Part shown: positions 1 through 12,485 of the stretch, piece by piece
Position numbering within the stretch: position 1 is the stretch's first letter
Layout: each line of letters starts with the position of its first letter
Source of the DNA: Octopus vulgaris
Lineage: Eukaryota
Length of the DNA: 64,000 nucleotides
NCBI GenBank assembly: GCA_951406725.2
Contig: OX597818.1
Coordinates: forward strand, 3,596,001 to 3,660,000
Direction: 5' to 3'
Notes under the pieces: generated by a model
Database searches by the model: none
Seen by the model: only the letters and a program-made list of their open reading frames with translations
What the model was told of the DNA's origin: nothing
Position numbers and translations under genes: made by a program

Positions 1-514
1 ATTAATAGTACCTTCAGTCTATATATTTTAAACAGTTTTTTGTTGATGATGAGTACCACAGAGTTCACCTGTGTCCTAGCAATCTTGGTTTTGAGTCCTT
101 TTACATGCCTTAATGTCTTCGGGAAAAGTATGAGCATCATAGACTCCTATTTACTCCTCCTTAAAAATAGAAATAAAAGATTTTTCATTTACAGGTTCAT
201 CTGTAGCCAATTGTTGAGAGGTTTTAAGCTATTTCTAATCCAATTTTATCCCAATAATAAACTGGATTACTAAATATATGATGTATTTAATTATTTAAAC
301 ATTTGAGAATAACAATGGTATTTATTTGTAATTGGTGGTTCATTTGTAATTTATCAATTAACTTTTATTTTTCAATTTGGTCAGTGTCCCTAAATGATTT
401 TATTTCTTTTTTCACTGTCATTGTATTTCTTCATACCCCTCACTTAGAGGTTTGATATGTAGTGCTTGATAAATACTATGGTTATGATCATTTAAATGAT
501 TCATTGTTTTGGAG

Positions 515-740
515 CAAGATGGTACATTGGTAGAATTGTTAGAACAGCAGATGAAATGTCTAGCAGTGCTTAGTGATGGCTCTTGACAGGCTAAACTGAG
601 CTAAGTTCCTCCTTTGCATCACTTTGTCTTTCATCTTTTTAGAGGCTTGATAAAGTACCTGTCTAATCCTGGGGTTGATGTAACTGATGAATCCTTTCCT
701 ATCAAAATTGCTGGCCTTATACTTATATTAACAACAATTG
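515..740 (+). mobile_element. Decayed CORE-type tRNA SINE
   Basis: ggtagaattgttag...ctttcatcttt...gataaagtacc...ggggttgatgtaactga resembles the copies at 21565-21770 and 29605-29800. Confidence 0.5.
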
Positions 741-1020
741 TTACTTAAGGGGGGCAATGTTTTGCTGCTAAGGACAGAATAAGTTAAAAACCTATATAAA
801 GTTGTCTCCCATCTGTACAAGAAAATGAGTTTTTTTTTTTCTCTGCGCATAATTATTTTCAGTTAGTTTTGTTAATGCTGTATTCAGATCTACTATTGTT
901 AAACAGATTCTGTTTCAGGTAAATTTTGTAAACTTTTAAAAAGCGTTGTGTATGTATGTATATATGTATTTATATGTGTATGTGTGTATATATATATAAC
1001 TATACTCCATGATATTACAG

Positions 1021-1125
1021 GTACAAAATGTGATGCAGTTGGCTGGTGCTGTGGTTGATCTCCTGGATGTGCAGGGTTCTTCAGTGATAATTTGTCTAGA
1101 AGATGGTTGGGATGTAACTACTCAG
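1021..1125 (+). CDS. SBF2: Sbf/MTMR13 coding exon A (first in window): myotubularin domain with inactive PTP signature
   Basis: ttacAG|GTA...CAG|GTaag, 105 nt. Translates VQNVMQLAGAVVDLLDVQGSSVIICLEDGWDVTTQ, matching the SBF1/SBF2 pseudophosphatase motif rather than active HCSDGWDRT. The gene starts upstream of the window. Confidence 0.93.
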
Positions 1126-1270
1126 GTAAGTGATGTACTCAGTGTTTTGCACTATGTACTCACCTCATTATAATAATAACACCTGTTCTACCCTTTGTAG
1201 CTACTCATGTAATTGGTAACCCAAGATGATGTACTCAGGTATTTATATTAATAACAGCTCACCTACTCTA

Positions 1271-3140
1271 CAAGAGTGGGCTGAAAAGTTCATTGGTTGA
1301 CTATGAAGGAGTGGTGCTGGAACTGTGAAACTGTCATGCATGGGAAATGAAAAAATATTCACCTACCTTCTCTCATTTGCACCTGTCCATTTGTATAAGC
1401 CTCTCTCAAGTGCTGCTCAATCTTCACTGCATTCAGTTGTTCTTCATTCATTTTGAGGTACAGTGCCAGTGCACTCCTCTCCAAATACAGCACCATGAGG
1501 CTCGCTACATCTTCCTTGTAGCCTGGCCACAACTTCAACCTTTTGAATCCAGGCTACTACATCACCTTCACCATAGGAAGGTCTGATGATATTACTGCTG
1601 ATCCTTATCTTCACTGCCATCATGTACCAAGGTGACAATGACGTCTGTATACTATTGCCGAAGTAGCTTGTCATGCATGGGAAATGAAAAGAGGTTCACC
1701 TACCTTTCTCTCTCATCTGTACCTGTCTAGTAGTAGTCACTCCAGCGATCCTGCCCTACCCTGTCACCCAGTATAAGCAGATGCTATCTTATCAACCCAG
1801 GAGTGAATTCCCTGATGTCTGTTCACAGTGCCTTGGCTGGCAAGAAGAGGCTGACCCATGTCCTTTCTCCCCCACACTTCCCTTCTCACACTTCCTCTTC
1901 CAGTCAGTCCCTTGACCATTGACGTCATGGCCCACTTCTTCTGGCTCATCCCCACAGAAACCTTGTAAGCATCAATTTCAACACTCCTTATTAGTAACTA
2001 CATTGTTTCTTTCCAGCTAAACTGACATCTGACTGTTCAAAGAAGGTTTCAAACGTAATTAGCAGTGACGTCTCTTGAAAATTGGAATAATTTGGCATTG
2101 TAGTGTTATCAAGTACCAGCTGAAAAAGGCTTTAGCACACAATAACATTCATGCTGATATGGTTGCTTCATTCAGGGATGACACTCCAGCTTTATTAACA
2201 TTGCAAAAGTGGGCAGCTGAATTTAGGAGGGTCTTGAAGATGATCCAATGTCTGGATGTCTTACAACTATCACCACCAAAGAAAATATTGTCTTCACCAC
2301 ATAGTGATGGATGACAGATGGTTGAATATAAATCAAATATCCAATACTGTTAGCATATCCCATGAGAGAGTTGAGAATATTCTGCACTGCTTAGTGGCTG
2401 CTGCATCATCTGACACCTAATCAAAAGCACATCAGGCTGATTGCCTCATGAGAGAATCTGACATTGTTTAAGGCAGACCCTGCTGGTCTCTTTGAATGTT
2501 TTCTAACCCAGGATGAGTGTTGATTCATCACTTTGAGCCAGGGATGAAGAGACAACCCATGCAGTGGAAATACCCCTCTTCACCTGTTCCAAAGAAGGCC
2601 AAGATTGTTTCATCTGCAGGGAATGTGATGGTAAAAGGCATTGTGTTTATTGTGTTTATCTTCAAAACAGCCACACCATCAATGAAGAGTACTGTGCTAA
2701 CTTGCTGAGGCAGTTACGAAAGGCTATCAAGACCAAACACTCAGGAAAACTTATGAAAGGGGTCTTGTTTCATCAGGACAATGCTCCAGCACACAAGTCT
2801 TCGCTTTCAATAGCTGCTGTGCCTGACTGTGGCTTTGAACTGATTGATCCTTCTCCCTGTTCTCCTGATTTGGCCCCATCTGACTCTCATCTGTTCCCCA
2901 ACATAAAATAAAAAGACACTTGACTGGGAACCAGTATCACAGTGATGATATCATATTTGCTACTGATAACTTTTTTGATCAACAGGATGAAAGATTCTTC
3001 ACTAATGGGATCTAAGCACTGCAACACTGATGGGAAAAATGTGTGGACCACAAGGGAGACTATGTTGAAAAATAAACCTTATTTGGTCACATTCCATGAA
3101 AGTATCTTGATCAGCCTATGAACTTTTCAACTGGTCCTTG
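1271..3140 (+). mobile_element. Decayed mariner DNA transposon with nested insertion
   Basis: TA flanks and imperfect TIRs (caagagtgggctgaaaagttcattggttga / tcagcctatgaacttttcaactggtccttg). Transposase remnants TQDEC, FHQDNAPAH, SPDLAPSD, with many stops and frameshifts. Confidence 0.88.
1332..1955 (-). mobile_element. LTR-retrotransposon gag-like fragment nested in the mariner
   Basis: The minus ORF IRPSYGEGDVVAWIQKVEVVARLQG resembles gag N-termini. An imperfect ~56-bp direct repeat lies at 1332-1387 and 1669-1727. Confidence 0.5.
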
Positions 3141-4386
3141 TATGTACTTGGAAGATTGTGATATAGCAGCTGAGTTTGTTTAACCTTCTACTAACAGACA
3201 GCAGTTGCAGTAGTAGTAGTAATCAGTCATGGCCAATAGAAATAAAGTAGACACTCTCTTCATTAAGTCAATTGTTTACAATACTTACATCTCTCAAATA
3301 TTACATGCATTGCTCTGTTGATAAAGACTCTGACTTTAAATGTGAGGGTATCAAGTTCATCTCTGTATGTGAGTATTTATATAATGTGAACTGAAAAAAG
3401 AGCTTATAAATAATCACTCAACCTGCTAGAAGTAGCAGACAAACCTTGTAATCATATTATTTCATCTCTAAAATTAAAGAAAGAACTATGTCTTTAGTAA
3501 ATGTCTATAGTAAACTGTCTGAAAATATGGCTGGGAGGCCTTTTATCACAGATTTATTATATAAAGATTGACATCAATTTGCCAAATATCACAATCTTTT
3601 ATATAAAATTTATAGTGAAATTAGTAGATCATCTAATTTAATGACCTCTAATATTTAATTACACATTAATTATATTCTGTACAAAATTCACTAAGGAGAT
3701 AATTTTGTTCATTGCTTTTTTTATGTATCTGTATGATGTGGGGTGGTGAATAAAGTAAACACCAGTTAAATACAAGGGTTCATATTAATTAATTGCACAA
3801 TGCCTGTTCCAAATTTTGGTTTTAGAAATTTGTTGGCAGAAACTACCATTGTGTATGCATCTTTATTTCTGAATACATTAAACTGAATGCATGTTTGTCA
3901 GTATCATTATTATAGACTGATGGATTCAGACCAGTGTCTTCATCTTTGTTTTTATTGGCATAATGTTTCAGTCATTGTACCCTGTAGGCTTTTTCAGATT
4001 CCTCTCTATTTAGTGATGTTCTTAAAATAAGGGACCAAAGCCCTTATTAAATCCACTGGGGTTCATCATATCCATTTCATTATCTACGGATATTCTATTA
4101 TTATTTCTCTGTTAAGTATTTTCTTGTTGATTATTCTAATTATTTTCTTCTTAATTATTCTACTGAAATTATTCTGTTAACTATTGTTCTGTTAATTAGT
4201 CTCTTCCTAGTGCATTCATTTCACTTGAATCAGAACATTTATACTGTTTGACTGCTGCTAGGATTGAACTTGTGCTTATTAGCTAAACTGTTACACTATA
4301 GCAACCAAGATGAAGATGCTAGTCCACATATGTTGGTATATAAGTGTCCATATATACATACAGTTAATGTTTTTTTCTCCTTTCAG

Positions 4387-4572
4387 ATTGTAAGTGTTGC
4401 TCAGATATTACTAGACCCATATTATCGGACATTGGAAGGTTTCAAGGCTCTTATTGAGAAAGAATGGTTGTCTTGTGGTCATCGGTTTACTCACCGAAGT
4501 AACCAGACAGCAGCCAACCAAGCCAGTGGTTTTGCTGCTATCTTCCTACAGTTCTTAGATATTGTACATCAG
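4387..4572 (+). CDS. SBF2: Sbf/MTMR13 coding exon B (myotubularin domain)
   Basis: tttcAG|ATT...CAG|GTaag, 186 nt, phase 0. [34 protein letters not shown]...[10 protein letters not shown] is the classic myotubularin [18 protein letters not shown] segment. Confidence 0.96.
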
Positions 4573-5338
4573 GTAAGACTATATCTGTTTCTCTAAAACT
4601 CTGATATCATTCCACTAAGGTAGATATACTTCATAGTTTTGCTATTGTATGTATGTCATTGCTACATATCCTTGTTTTATTGTATTTACAGTCAGGTTGT
4701 TGCATAAGAATAGTTTTTAACCATCAACATTACAGCAATATATTTCAATAAATTATATATTTTATTAATTGAAAATAATAACTGTTAGAATAGCCATGTT
4801 TCTAACCACAAGAAACAAATTTGTTTATTCCAGTAATGTAGAATTCTGGATTGCTGGAACTGATCGATTCTTTGAAAGTGTTTTGAGTTGTTGTTTGGTT
4901 ATAGAAGACCTTTTACAGAAAGCTATTGAAAGGAATGTAAAAAATTATGAAAGAAGGAGGTGGATAGGAATAAGATGGATGGAATGGAATTTTGTAGTCC
5001 TCTTTGTTCAATTTTATCAGAGACATTCATGAAACATGTGGTCAACTGTTGTTATGGAGAATTGACCAATGATTCCCTTGTCTACTGTGAAGTTTTTGCC
5101 AGGATACAAGAAATATGTGGAGTGATGGGGAATTCAACTTAGTGACCATAAGCTTTTTTGAATGTAACTTTGGTTTGGAAAAGTGTGTAGTGCTTCACCT
5201 CTGTACAGCTACCACCACCACCCCTCTTCCTCTCCATCCCCTTCCATCCCCTGTGTCTTTCCACTTCTTCCTCTCCCTTGCCTCCTTCCTCCACCTCCTT
5301 TTTATACTGATGTATATAGTTTTTCATTTTTCTTTTAG

Positions 5339-5647
5339 ATTCACCGTCAATTCCCACTGTCCTTTGAATACAACCAATATTTCCTGAAATTTATGGCCTA
5401 CCATTATGTATCAAACCGTTTCCGAACATTTATGATGGACACAGAATTTGAGAGGATGGAAGCTGGTTGGCTGTTGGAAGAAAAAAAGGCACCAAAAGTT
5501 GATGGCCCTGATGAAGAATCTGGGTTCTCCCCTAAACATTCTTCAACTCCTGTTATTGGTTTATCTATCTGGGATTACATTGAGAAACATCACCGACGCT
5601 CCACAGTTTTCTTTAATTTCATGTACAGTCCATCAGATTATGATGTG
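5339..5647 (+). CDS. SBF2: Sbf/MTMR13 coding exon C
   Basis: ttttAG|ATT...GTG|GTgagt, 309 nt. IHRQFPLSFEYNQYFLKFMAYHYVSNRFRTFMMDTEFER...SIWDYI...FFNFMY. Confidence 0.95.
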
Positions 5648-5979
5648 GTGAGTTAACTCGCCCTTTCTTTCATGTTTTTATTAAAAACTAGCTTTAATTA
5701 AAAACAAAAAAAGCGAACCTTCTATGGCAAAGCAAATTTTCTTAGGCTTTTTGTCTGTATTATATACATTATTTCTGTCTGTACTTGTGTACACTATTTC
5801 TGTCTGTATTTACGTACACTATTTTACAGTTTAGGTTGTGATCTAGTAGATAAAAATGCTAAAAGTTTATAAATATAGTTTCCTGGTTCAAATCTAGTAT
5901 GGTATTACTGTGCAAACATACTGGAATAACACATTTGATGATCTGAGATCAAACTGATTAAAGCATAAAATAATATATA

Positions 5980-8640
5980 TCATCGTCATCATCATTTAAC
6001 ATCTGTTTTCCATGCTGGCATAGACTGGACAAATTTGACAAGCTGGTAAGGTGAGGGGCACACCAGGCTCCATTGTCTGTTCTAGCATGGTTTCTATGGC
6101 TGGGTATCCTTCCTAAGGCCAAGCACTTTACTGAGCATACTGGGTACTTTTTATGTGGCATCAGTACCATTTTTATGTGGCACCAGCACTGGTATCAATT
6201 CTGCTGTGGTGGATGGTTCTTCTTGAGTACAGCAATGCACCAGATATCTTGGTCCTTTGTCATCTCCTTTGTAAGGTTCAATGCCTTCAATACTTCATCC
6301 CATGTTTTCCTGGGTCTTCCTCTTCCACAAGTTTCATTCACTTTAAGTGATCAGCACTTCTGTATACAACTCTCTATATCCATACATGTCACATGATGAA
6401 ACTGGTTCTGGTAAATTCCACCCTGGTAAATTCCACCACCAGGTAAATTTCACCATAGGTAAATTCCACCATGGTAAATTCTACCCATGGACAGATGTTA
6501 CTCCAATTTCGATTATTATTGTTTCTTTTCTTTCATGGTCAGATATTGTAACGTCAGGTTTATTGTTTTCTATATGGTTTGGTGTTATTACTGAGCTATC
6601 TACTAACATCTTAACCTTTTCATTTGCTGTTACCTTTTCTATTTGCATGTTTCTGATTTTCTGGTTTTTTTTTTTTTTGATATGTTATATTGCTGTAGTA
6701 GGTTCACAAATATTATCTTGGTTATCTCCTTGTGTCTCTCTTTATATTTTGCGTGTGCTATTTTTCCACATTGTATTGCCATATATTCGATATTTCCTTT
6801 GTTTCTTACAATCTCTGCATGCTATTTTTCTTCCATAGTAGTTGTTTCTGTCTTGTAAATACTGTATAATATTTTTATCTCTCATTGAGTATTTGCTTTG
6901 TTTTATAAATTTCAATGAATCTCTTTTTGATATTGTTTCCTCATTCAGGTGTTTAAAGTATTTCTTTATGATTGTTTTTGTATGGTGAAATTTACCATGT
7001 TGGAATATACTGTGGTGGAGTTTCACACAGTGGAATTTACCAGTCACCAATCAAACCAGCACAGTCTTCTCTCTTGCACAGATCTCTGTCACACATGCAC
7101 ACTGACATTGCATATCCAGTAGAACATACTAGCTTCAATCCTCTCTAGTCTTCGCATGTCTTCTGCATTCAGAGCCCTTGTCTCACTACCATGTGGCATT
7201 GCTGTTTGTATACAGCACATAATCTTTCTTTCGCTCAGAGAGAGAAAGAGAGACCTTTGGTTGCCAACAGAGGTAAAAGCTCTCTGGATTTTCTCCATCC
7301 TATTCTCATTCCAGTGATTACACTTTCCATGCATTCTCCCCCACAGCTAATTAGGTAGCAAAAATCATTCACTACTTCTAAAGAGCCTCTCGGGTATTTA
7401 AGAAACTCAATTTCCTGAGTCTGTGGTTTTTATGGCTTCTGTGCATCTTCCACATTTAAACACTACCTTATAACCTTCCTATTATTTGACTGCACTTGTT
7501 TGTCTGTAGCTTGCACTGGGTACATTGTACAGAATTCCTGCCTACACAGTTCCTACATGTCAAACAGGGCCATTTACCTGATGGAGGAAGGGTCTTGTCC
7601 ATTTTCTTGCTTACTAGAACTGCAGGTTTTAAGTTAACCTTACAGCCCTTTGATTCTAAGTTTTGCTTCCACACCTGGAGTTTCTTTTCTAGTTCTGTTG
7701 CAGAATCCGCTATAAGAGCAAGATCATAAGCATACAGCTGTTTCCAGGGGCAGCCAGTTTTGAATTCCTCTGTTATGGTCTGGAAGATGATGATGAATAG
7801 GATGTGGCTGAGAACTGAACCCTGATGAATGCCTATCTGTACACTAAAATAATTACTATACATGTTGTTAACTATCACCTTACTGTCAGAACTTCTGTAC
7901 ATGGCTTGTATGGCTGGCTTTCACAAGCCACTTCTCTACCCCTAGCTTTCTCAGAGCCCACGATATAAGTAAGTGGAGTACTCTATCAAAGGCTTTCTCT
8001 AAGTCAACAAACATCAAGTACAATCTGTTGTGTCTGGGGAGAGTCATTTTCTTTTTGTGCCTTATTATACTTCAACACATGAACTCATAAAGAATCTTGC
8101 AAACCAAATCCAAAAACGAAATATCAAGTACAATGGTTAGCCAAATACTTCTCCTGCACTTGTCTGACTATAGTGTCAATAGTGCTTCTCAACACAAAGC
8201 CTAACTGCATTTCATCTAATCTGATTCTGTTCCTATAACACTTTCTATATAATTTTTTCTATATCTTTCATGACCTGGTCTAGCAATTTGATGTCTCTGT
8301 AGTTACATCTCCATTACTCTTGTAACAGTTGACTATAATGCTGCTGCATCAGTCATTGGGGATATCACCTTCCTGGTTAAGCTGATTAATTATTTGGGTG
8401 ACTAAACCATATCCCACTCCACCAGATATTTTAAGCATCTCAGCAGTGATTCCTGATGGATCAGGGGCTTTCTCTGTCTTCATATCCTTAATTGCCTTAT
8501 CTATTATACTGCTGTCAATGCATATAGCAGGTCCCAATGTTGGGTTCACACAGGGGAGATTCTCTTTTTCTCATTCATTCTTCACATTTAATAGTAGCAT
8601 AGTATTTCATAGTAGCACCTCTATTCCTCTTTCTTTTTGG
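5980..8640 (-). mobile_element. Decayed RTE-clade LINE, 5'-truncated
   Basis: RT remnants AIKDMKTEKAPDPSGITAEMLK, VDLEKAFD and GIHQGSVLS...AYDLALIA. (GAT)n tail at ~5980-5995. Interrupted at 6404-7048. Confidence 0.88.
6404..7048. mobile_element. Non-autonomous foldback/MULE-like DNA element with tandemly repeated TIR motif
   Basis: About five copies of GGTAAATTCCACCA(T) at 6409-6490 and inverted copies at 6982-7048. Degenerate 9-bp target duplication gatgaaact (6395-6403) / aatcaaacc (7049-7057). The LINE is continuous across it. Confidence 0.7.
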
Positions 8641-8669
8641 AGTCACTGAGTGCAAAATGTAATATGATA

Positions 8670-9089
8670 GATGAGGCATGGCAGTGTGGATTAGATGTTT
8701 GCTTCCCAACTACTTGATTTTGGGTTCAGTCTCACTTTGTGGTGCATTGGACATCTGCTATAGCCATGGGCTAACCAAAGCCTTATGAATGGATTTAGTG
8801 GACAAAACTGAAGGGTGCCCATTGTATATGTATGTGTGTACAGGTGTGTGTGTGTGTGTGTCTATGTTTCCTTGTTTTGACATCATGTGATAGCTGAAAA
8901 CGAAAATCATTGTCATACAAGCAGTGTTATTCATTTCCTATATTCTGTGAAAAACTGGCCGCAGGGAAATATTACACTGCTAGGAAACTGGTGACAGTTG
9001 GTAACAGGAAAGGCATATGGTTGTAGAAAATCTGACTTACTAAATTTTGTGCAACCCATGCAAGCACAGAAAAATAGATGTTGAAATGA
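8670..9089 (+). mobile_element. Old tRNA-derived SINE with RTE-like tail
   Basis: Degenerate head ggcatggcagtgtgg...gggttcagtctcact and tail ggtaacaggaaaggcat...caacccatgcaagca. Confidence 0.65.
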
Positions 9090-9506
9090 TGTGTGGTAAG
9101 TAGATTGCTTACCAACCACATGATTCCGGGTTCATTCCCACCGCATGGCACCTTGGGCAAGTGTCTTCTACTATAGCCTTGCATCGGCCAAAGCCTTGTG
9201 AGTGGATTTGGTAGATGGAAACCGAAAGAAGCCCGTTGTATATATGTGTGTATATATATATATGTATGTATGTATGTGTGCGTGTATATGTCTGTGTGTC
9301 TGTGTTTGTCCCCCCCCCAATATCGCTTGACAACCGATGTTGATGTGTTTACGCCCCAATAACTTAGCTGTTTGGCAAAAGAGACCGATAGAATAAGTAC
9401 TAGGCTTACAAAGAATAAGTCCTGGGGTTGATTTGCTATCTAAAGGCAGTGCTCCAGCATGGCTGCAGTCAAATGACTGAAACAAGTAAAAGAGTAAAAA
9501 AGAGTA
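9090..9506 (+). mobile_element. Octopus-type tRNA-derived SINE
   Basis: tgtgtggtaagtag...ccgggttcattccca head, internal (TA/TG)n and tail gactgaaacaagtaaaagagta. Same family as 9531-9944 and 12969-13366. Confidence 0.85.
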
Positions 9507-9530
9507 TGCATGCATATATATATATATATA

Positions 9531-9944
9531 TACTCTTTTTTTTTTTTTTACTCTTTTACTTGTTTCAGTCATTTGACTGCGGCCATGCTGGAGCACCGCC
9601 TTTAATCGAGCAACTCGACCCGGGACTTATTCGTTTGTAAGCCCAGTACTTATTCTATCGGTCTCTTTTGCCGAACCGCTAAGTGACGGGGACTTAAACA
9701 CACAAGCATTGGTTGTCAAGCAATGCTAGGAGGACAAACACAGACACACAAACACACACACAACATATATATACATATATACGACAGGCTTCTTTCAGTT
9801 TCCGTCTACCAAATCCACTCACAAGGCATTGGTCGGCCCGGGGCTATAGCAGAAGACACTTGCCCAAGATGCCACGCAGTGGGACTGAACTCGGAACCAT
9901 GTGGTTGGTTAGTAAGCTACTTACCACACAGCCACTCCTGCGCC
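9531..9944 (-). mobile_element. Octopus-type tRNA-derived SINE, full length
   Basis: The reverse complement starts ggcgcaggagtggctgtgtggtaag (A box) ... gagttcagtccc (B box) and closely matches 12969-13366. Confidence 0.9.
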
Positions 9945-10000
9945 TATGTATATATATATATATAGATAAGAAAGTTTGTTTGGTAAAGCACGTGGGTGAA

Positions 10001-12039
10001 TATATAAGAAAATAGTAAAGAGTGAAAAAACGACAGAAGGCTTAAATGTTAAAAAATATATATATTTGCGTCAAAATGTCTGGAGAATATTGGAAAAATT
10101 TTTTTCCCTCCTTAAAATGACATAATTTTATAATTTTTAAAGAAATACCGGTTTCGCAGTTAGCTCTTCAAATTTCTTGTGACTTAATGTTTATTTTTAA
10201 TAACATAATCCCTGTATTTTTGCTACGGAGAGTTCTAAATAAGGGAAAGTAGTGAGTGATTTCTTCCGGTGTAAGGGAGATAATCGCTTAAAAAAATTTT
10301 TTTCCTTTAGTGTGAATTTCTCTGTATTATCAGGTTCGAATAGTTGAGTCTGGGTTTGTACTTTTCAATGAAGAATATTTCCTTATTTAGTCTAATTTGT
10401 GATGATGATCCGAAAGCACATTGGTAAAATGGAAAGATTAAAAATTGTGGTTGTAGTTGCTTTGCGCATTTCTCAATGTGCTCACTAAAAGGTATCATTC
10501 TATATTCTGGGAATGCAATCTGTTGTCGATGCAGTGTGCATCTACGTCTGAGTGATAGTCCCGTGGACCCCACATAGTCTTGGTGGCAGCCCGAGCATTT
10601 AATGACATAAATTATGTTTTCAGAGGCACAAGTAAAGTTAGATTTGATCTTGAATTTCTGTCCCTCTTTAAAGAAGAATTCTGATCCTTCCAATAGGTTA
10701 GGACATGTTGCACAGTTCGATCTACCACATTTTTTTACTTTTGCATCCGTAATTTTAGAAGACAATTTTGCCTTTGTGAGAATCTTTTTAAGTGATTTAG
10801 GCTGTTTGTAGCTTTTAATGATTTGGTGTATGTTTAGAATTTCCTTTAATTTGGGGTCTTTATGAAGTATTGGTAAATTCTGGGTGATGATGGTGAAGGC
10901 TTCTTTGTTTCTGGGGTTGTATGTAGATATGTAAAGTAGTATTTTCGGGGAAGGTGTGTTGTTGTGTTGAACTTTTCTTAAAGTTTCTATGTTGATTTCT
11001 GTTGCACGTCTGATCCCATCCTCTATGAGTTGAGTTGGGTAATGTCTGTCAATTAAGGTGTTTTTGAGTTCTTGCAGTCTGAAGTTCCTGGTATTTTGTT
11101 CTGACACTATTGTGCATATCCTTCTTGCAAGGTTGAAGGGGATGTTTGTTTTAGTGTGTCTTGGGTGGCATGAACTAAAAAACCTCATAAAAACCCCAAA
11201 TTAAAGGAAATTCTAAACATACACCAAATCATTAAAAGCTACAAACAGCCTAAATCACTTAAAAAGATTCTCACAAAGGCAAAATTGTCTTCTAAAATTA
11301 CGGATGCAAAAGTAAAAAAATGTGGTAGATCGAACTGTGCAACATGTCCTAACCTATTGGAAGGATCAGAATTCTTCTTTAAAGAGGGACAGAAATTCAA
11401 GATCAAATCTAACTTTACTTGTGCCTCTGAAAACATAATTTATGTCATTAAATGCTCGGGCTGCCACCAAGTCTACGTGGGGTCCACGGGACTATCACTC
11501 AGATGTAGATGCACACTGCATCAACAACAGATTGCATTCCCAGAATATAGAATGATACCTTTTAGTGAGCACATTGAGAAATGCGCAAAGCAACTACAAC
11601 CACAATTTTTAATCTTTCCATTTTACCAATGTGCTTTCGGATCATTCACAAATTAGACTAAATAAGGAAACATTCTTCATTGAAAAGTACAAACCCAGAC
11701 TCAACTATTCGAACTCAATAATACAGAGAAATTCACACTAAAGGAAAAAAATTTTTTTAAGCGATTATCTCCCTTACACCGGAAGAAATCAGTCACTACT
11801 TTCCCTTATTTAGAACTCTCCGTAGCAAAAATACAAGGATTACGTTATTAAAAATAAATATTAAGTCACAAGAAATTTGAAGAGCTAACTGCGAAACCGG
11901 TATTTCTTTAAAAATCATAAAATTATGTCATTTTAAGGAGGGAAAAAAATTTTTCCAATATTCTCCAGACATTTTGACGCAAATATATATATTTTTTAAC
12001 ATTTAAGCCTTCTGTCGTTTTTTCACTCTTTACTATTTT

Positions 12040-12046
<7 letters not shown>
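10001..12046. mobile_element. Penelope-like element (GIY-YIG; probably Naiad-type): two 5'-truncated copies head-to-head
   Basis: Minus ORF 10307-11188 has RT thumb SSCHPRHTKTNIPFNLARRI, a CxxxxCxxC knuckle and GIY-YIG IIYVIKCSGC...YVGST. 11185-12046 is a near-identical inverted copy of 10001-10865. (TA)n lies at or near both outer ends. Confidence 0.92.
11870..11908 (+). ncRNA. Minimal hammerhead-like motif in the PLE 3' region (variant core); mirror copy at 10140-10178 on minus
   Basis: AAGAAA t TTGAAGA GC taact GC GAAA CCGG TA TTTCTT: stem I, U-for-C3 core, 2-bp stem II, palindromic stem III. Confidence 0.55.
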
Positions 12047-12097
<51 letters not shown>

Positions 12098-12155
12098 ATT
12101 ACAGAGATGTACTTGCATAGCAAGTGACCTGATCTGAGATCATGTGCTGGAACGA

Positions 12156-12441
12156 AAACAATTGCAGCATGGAAGGTATTTATAAGCCATTTAAGAAACT
12201 CACAAAAGCCGTTAGATTCACTTCAACATTTAGATTTAATTTACCAAAATATTTTCGTCACTTTGAGACTGCGACCTGTTCACTGACAAAATTCTGTGCT
12301 GTACAGAATTTTGTCAGTGAACAGGTTGTGGCCTCAAAGCGATGAAAATATTTTGGCAAATTAAATTTAAATGTTGAAGTGAATCTAACAGTTTTTGTGT
12401 GTTTCTTAAATGGCTTATAAACACCTTTCCTTGCTGCAATT

Positions 12442-12445
<4 letters not shown>
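12156..12445. repeat. ~290-bp near-perfect palindrome centred at ~12300
   Basis: aaacaattgcagca...cactgacaaaattctgtgc|t|gtacagaattttgtcagtg...tgctgcaattgttt, between two (TA)n tracts. Confidence 0.92.

Positions 12446-12476
<31 letters not shown>

Positions 12477-12485
<9 letters not shown>

Noticed and set aside
2075-2911. SETMAR-like domesticated transposase gene (also 61901-62881)
   Set aside because: Both have TIRs, TA flanks and frameshifts or stops, and no SET domain. They are ordinary mariner relics.
6404-6490. Short regularly spaced repeats resembling a CRISPR array (also 28997-29180)
   Set aside because: The repeats are contiguous with no unique spacers, there are no cas genes, and the context is eukaryotic. 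TIR modules and a LINE 3' UTR explain them.
9090-9944. Tail-to-tail SINE pair as a single fold-back duplication
   Set aside because: The two copies differ at many positions and one lacks the first bases of the head, so independent insertions at one TA tract are more likely, unlike 63290-63732.
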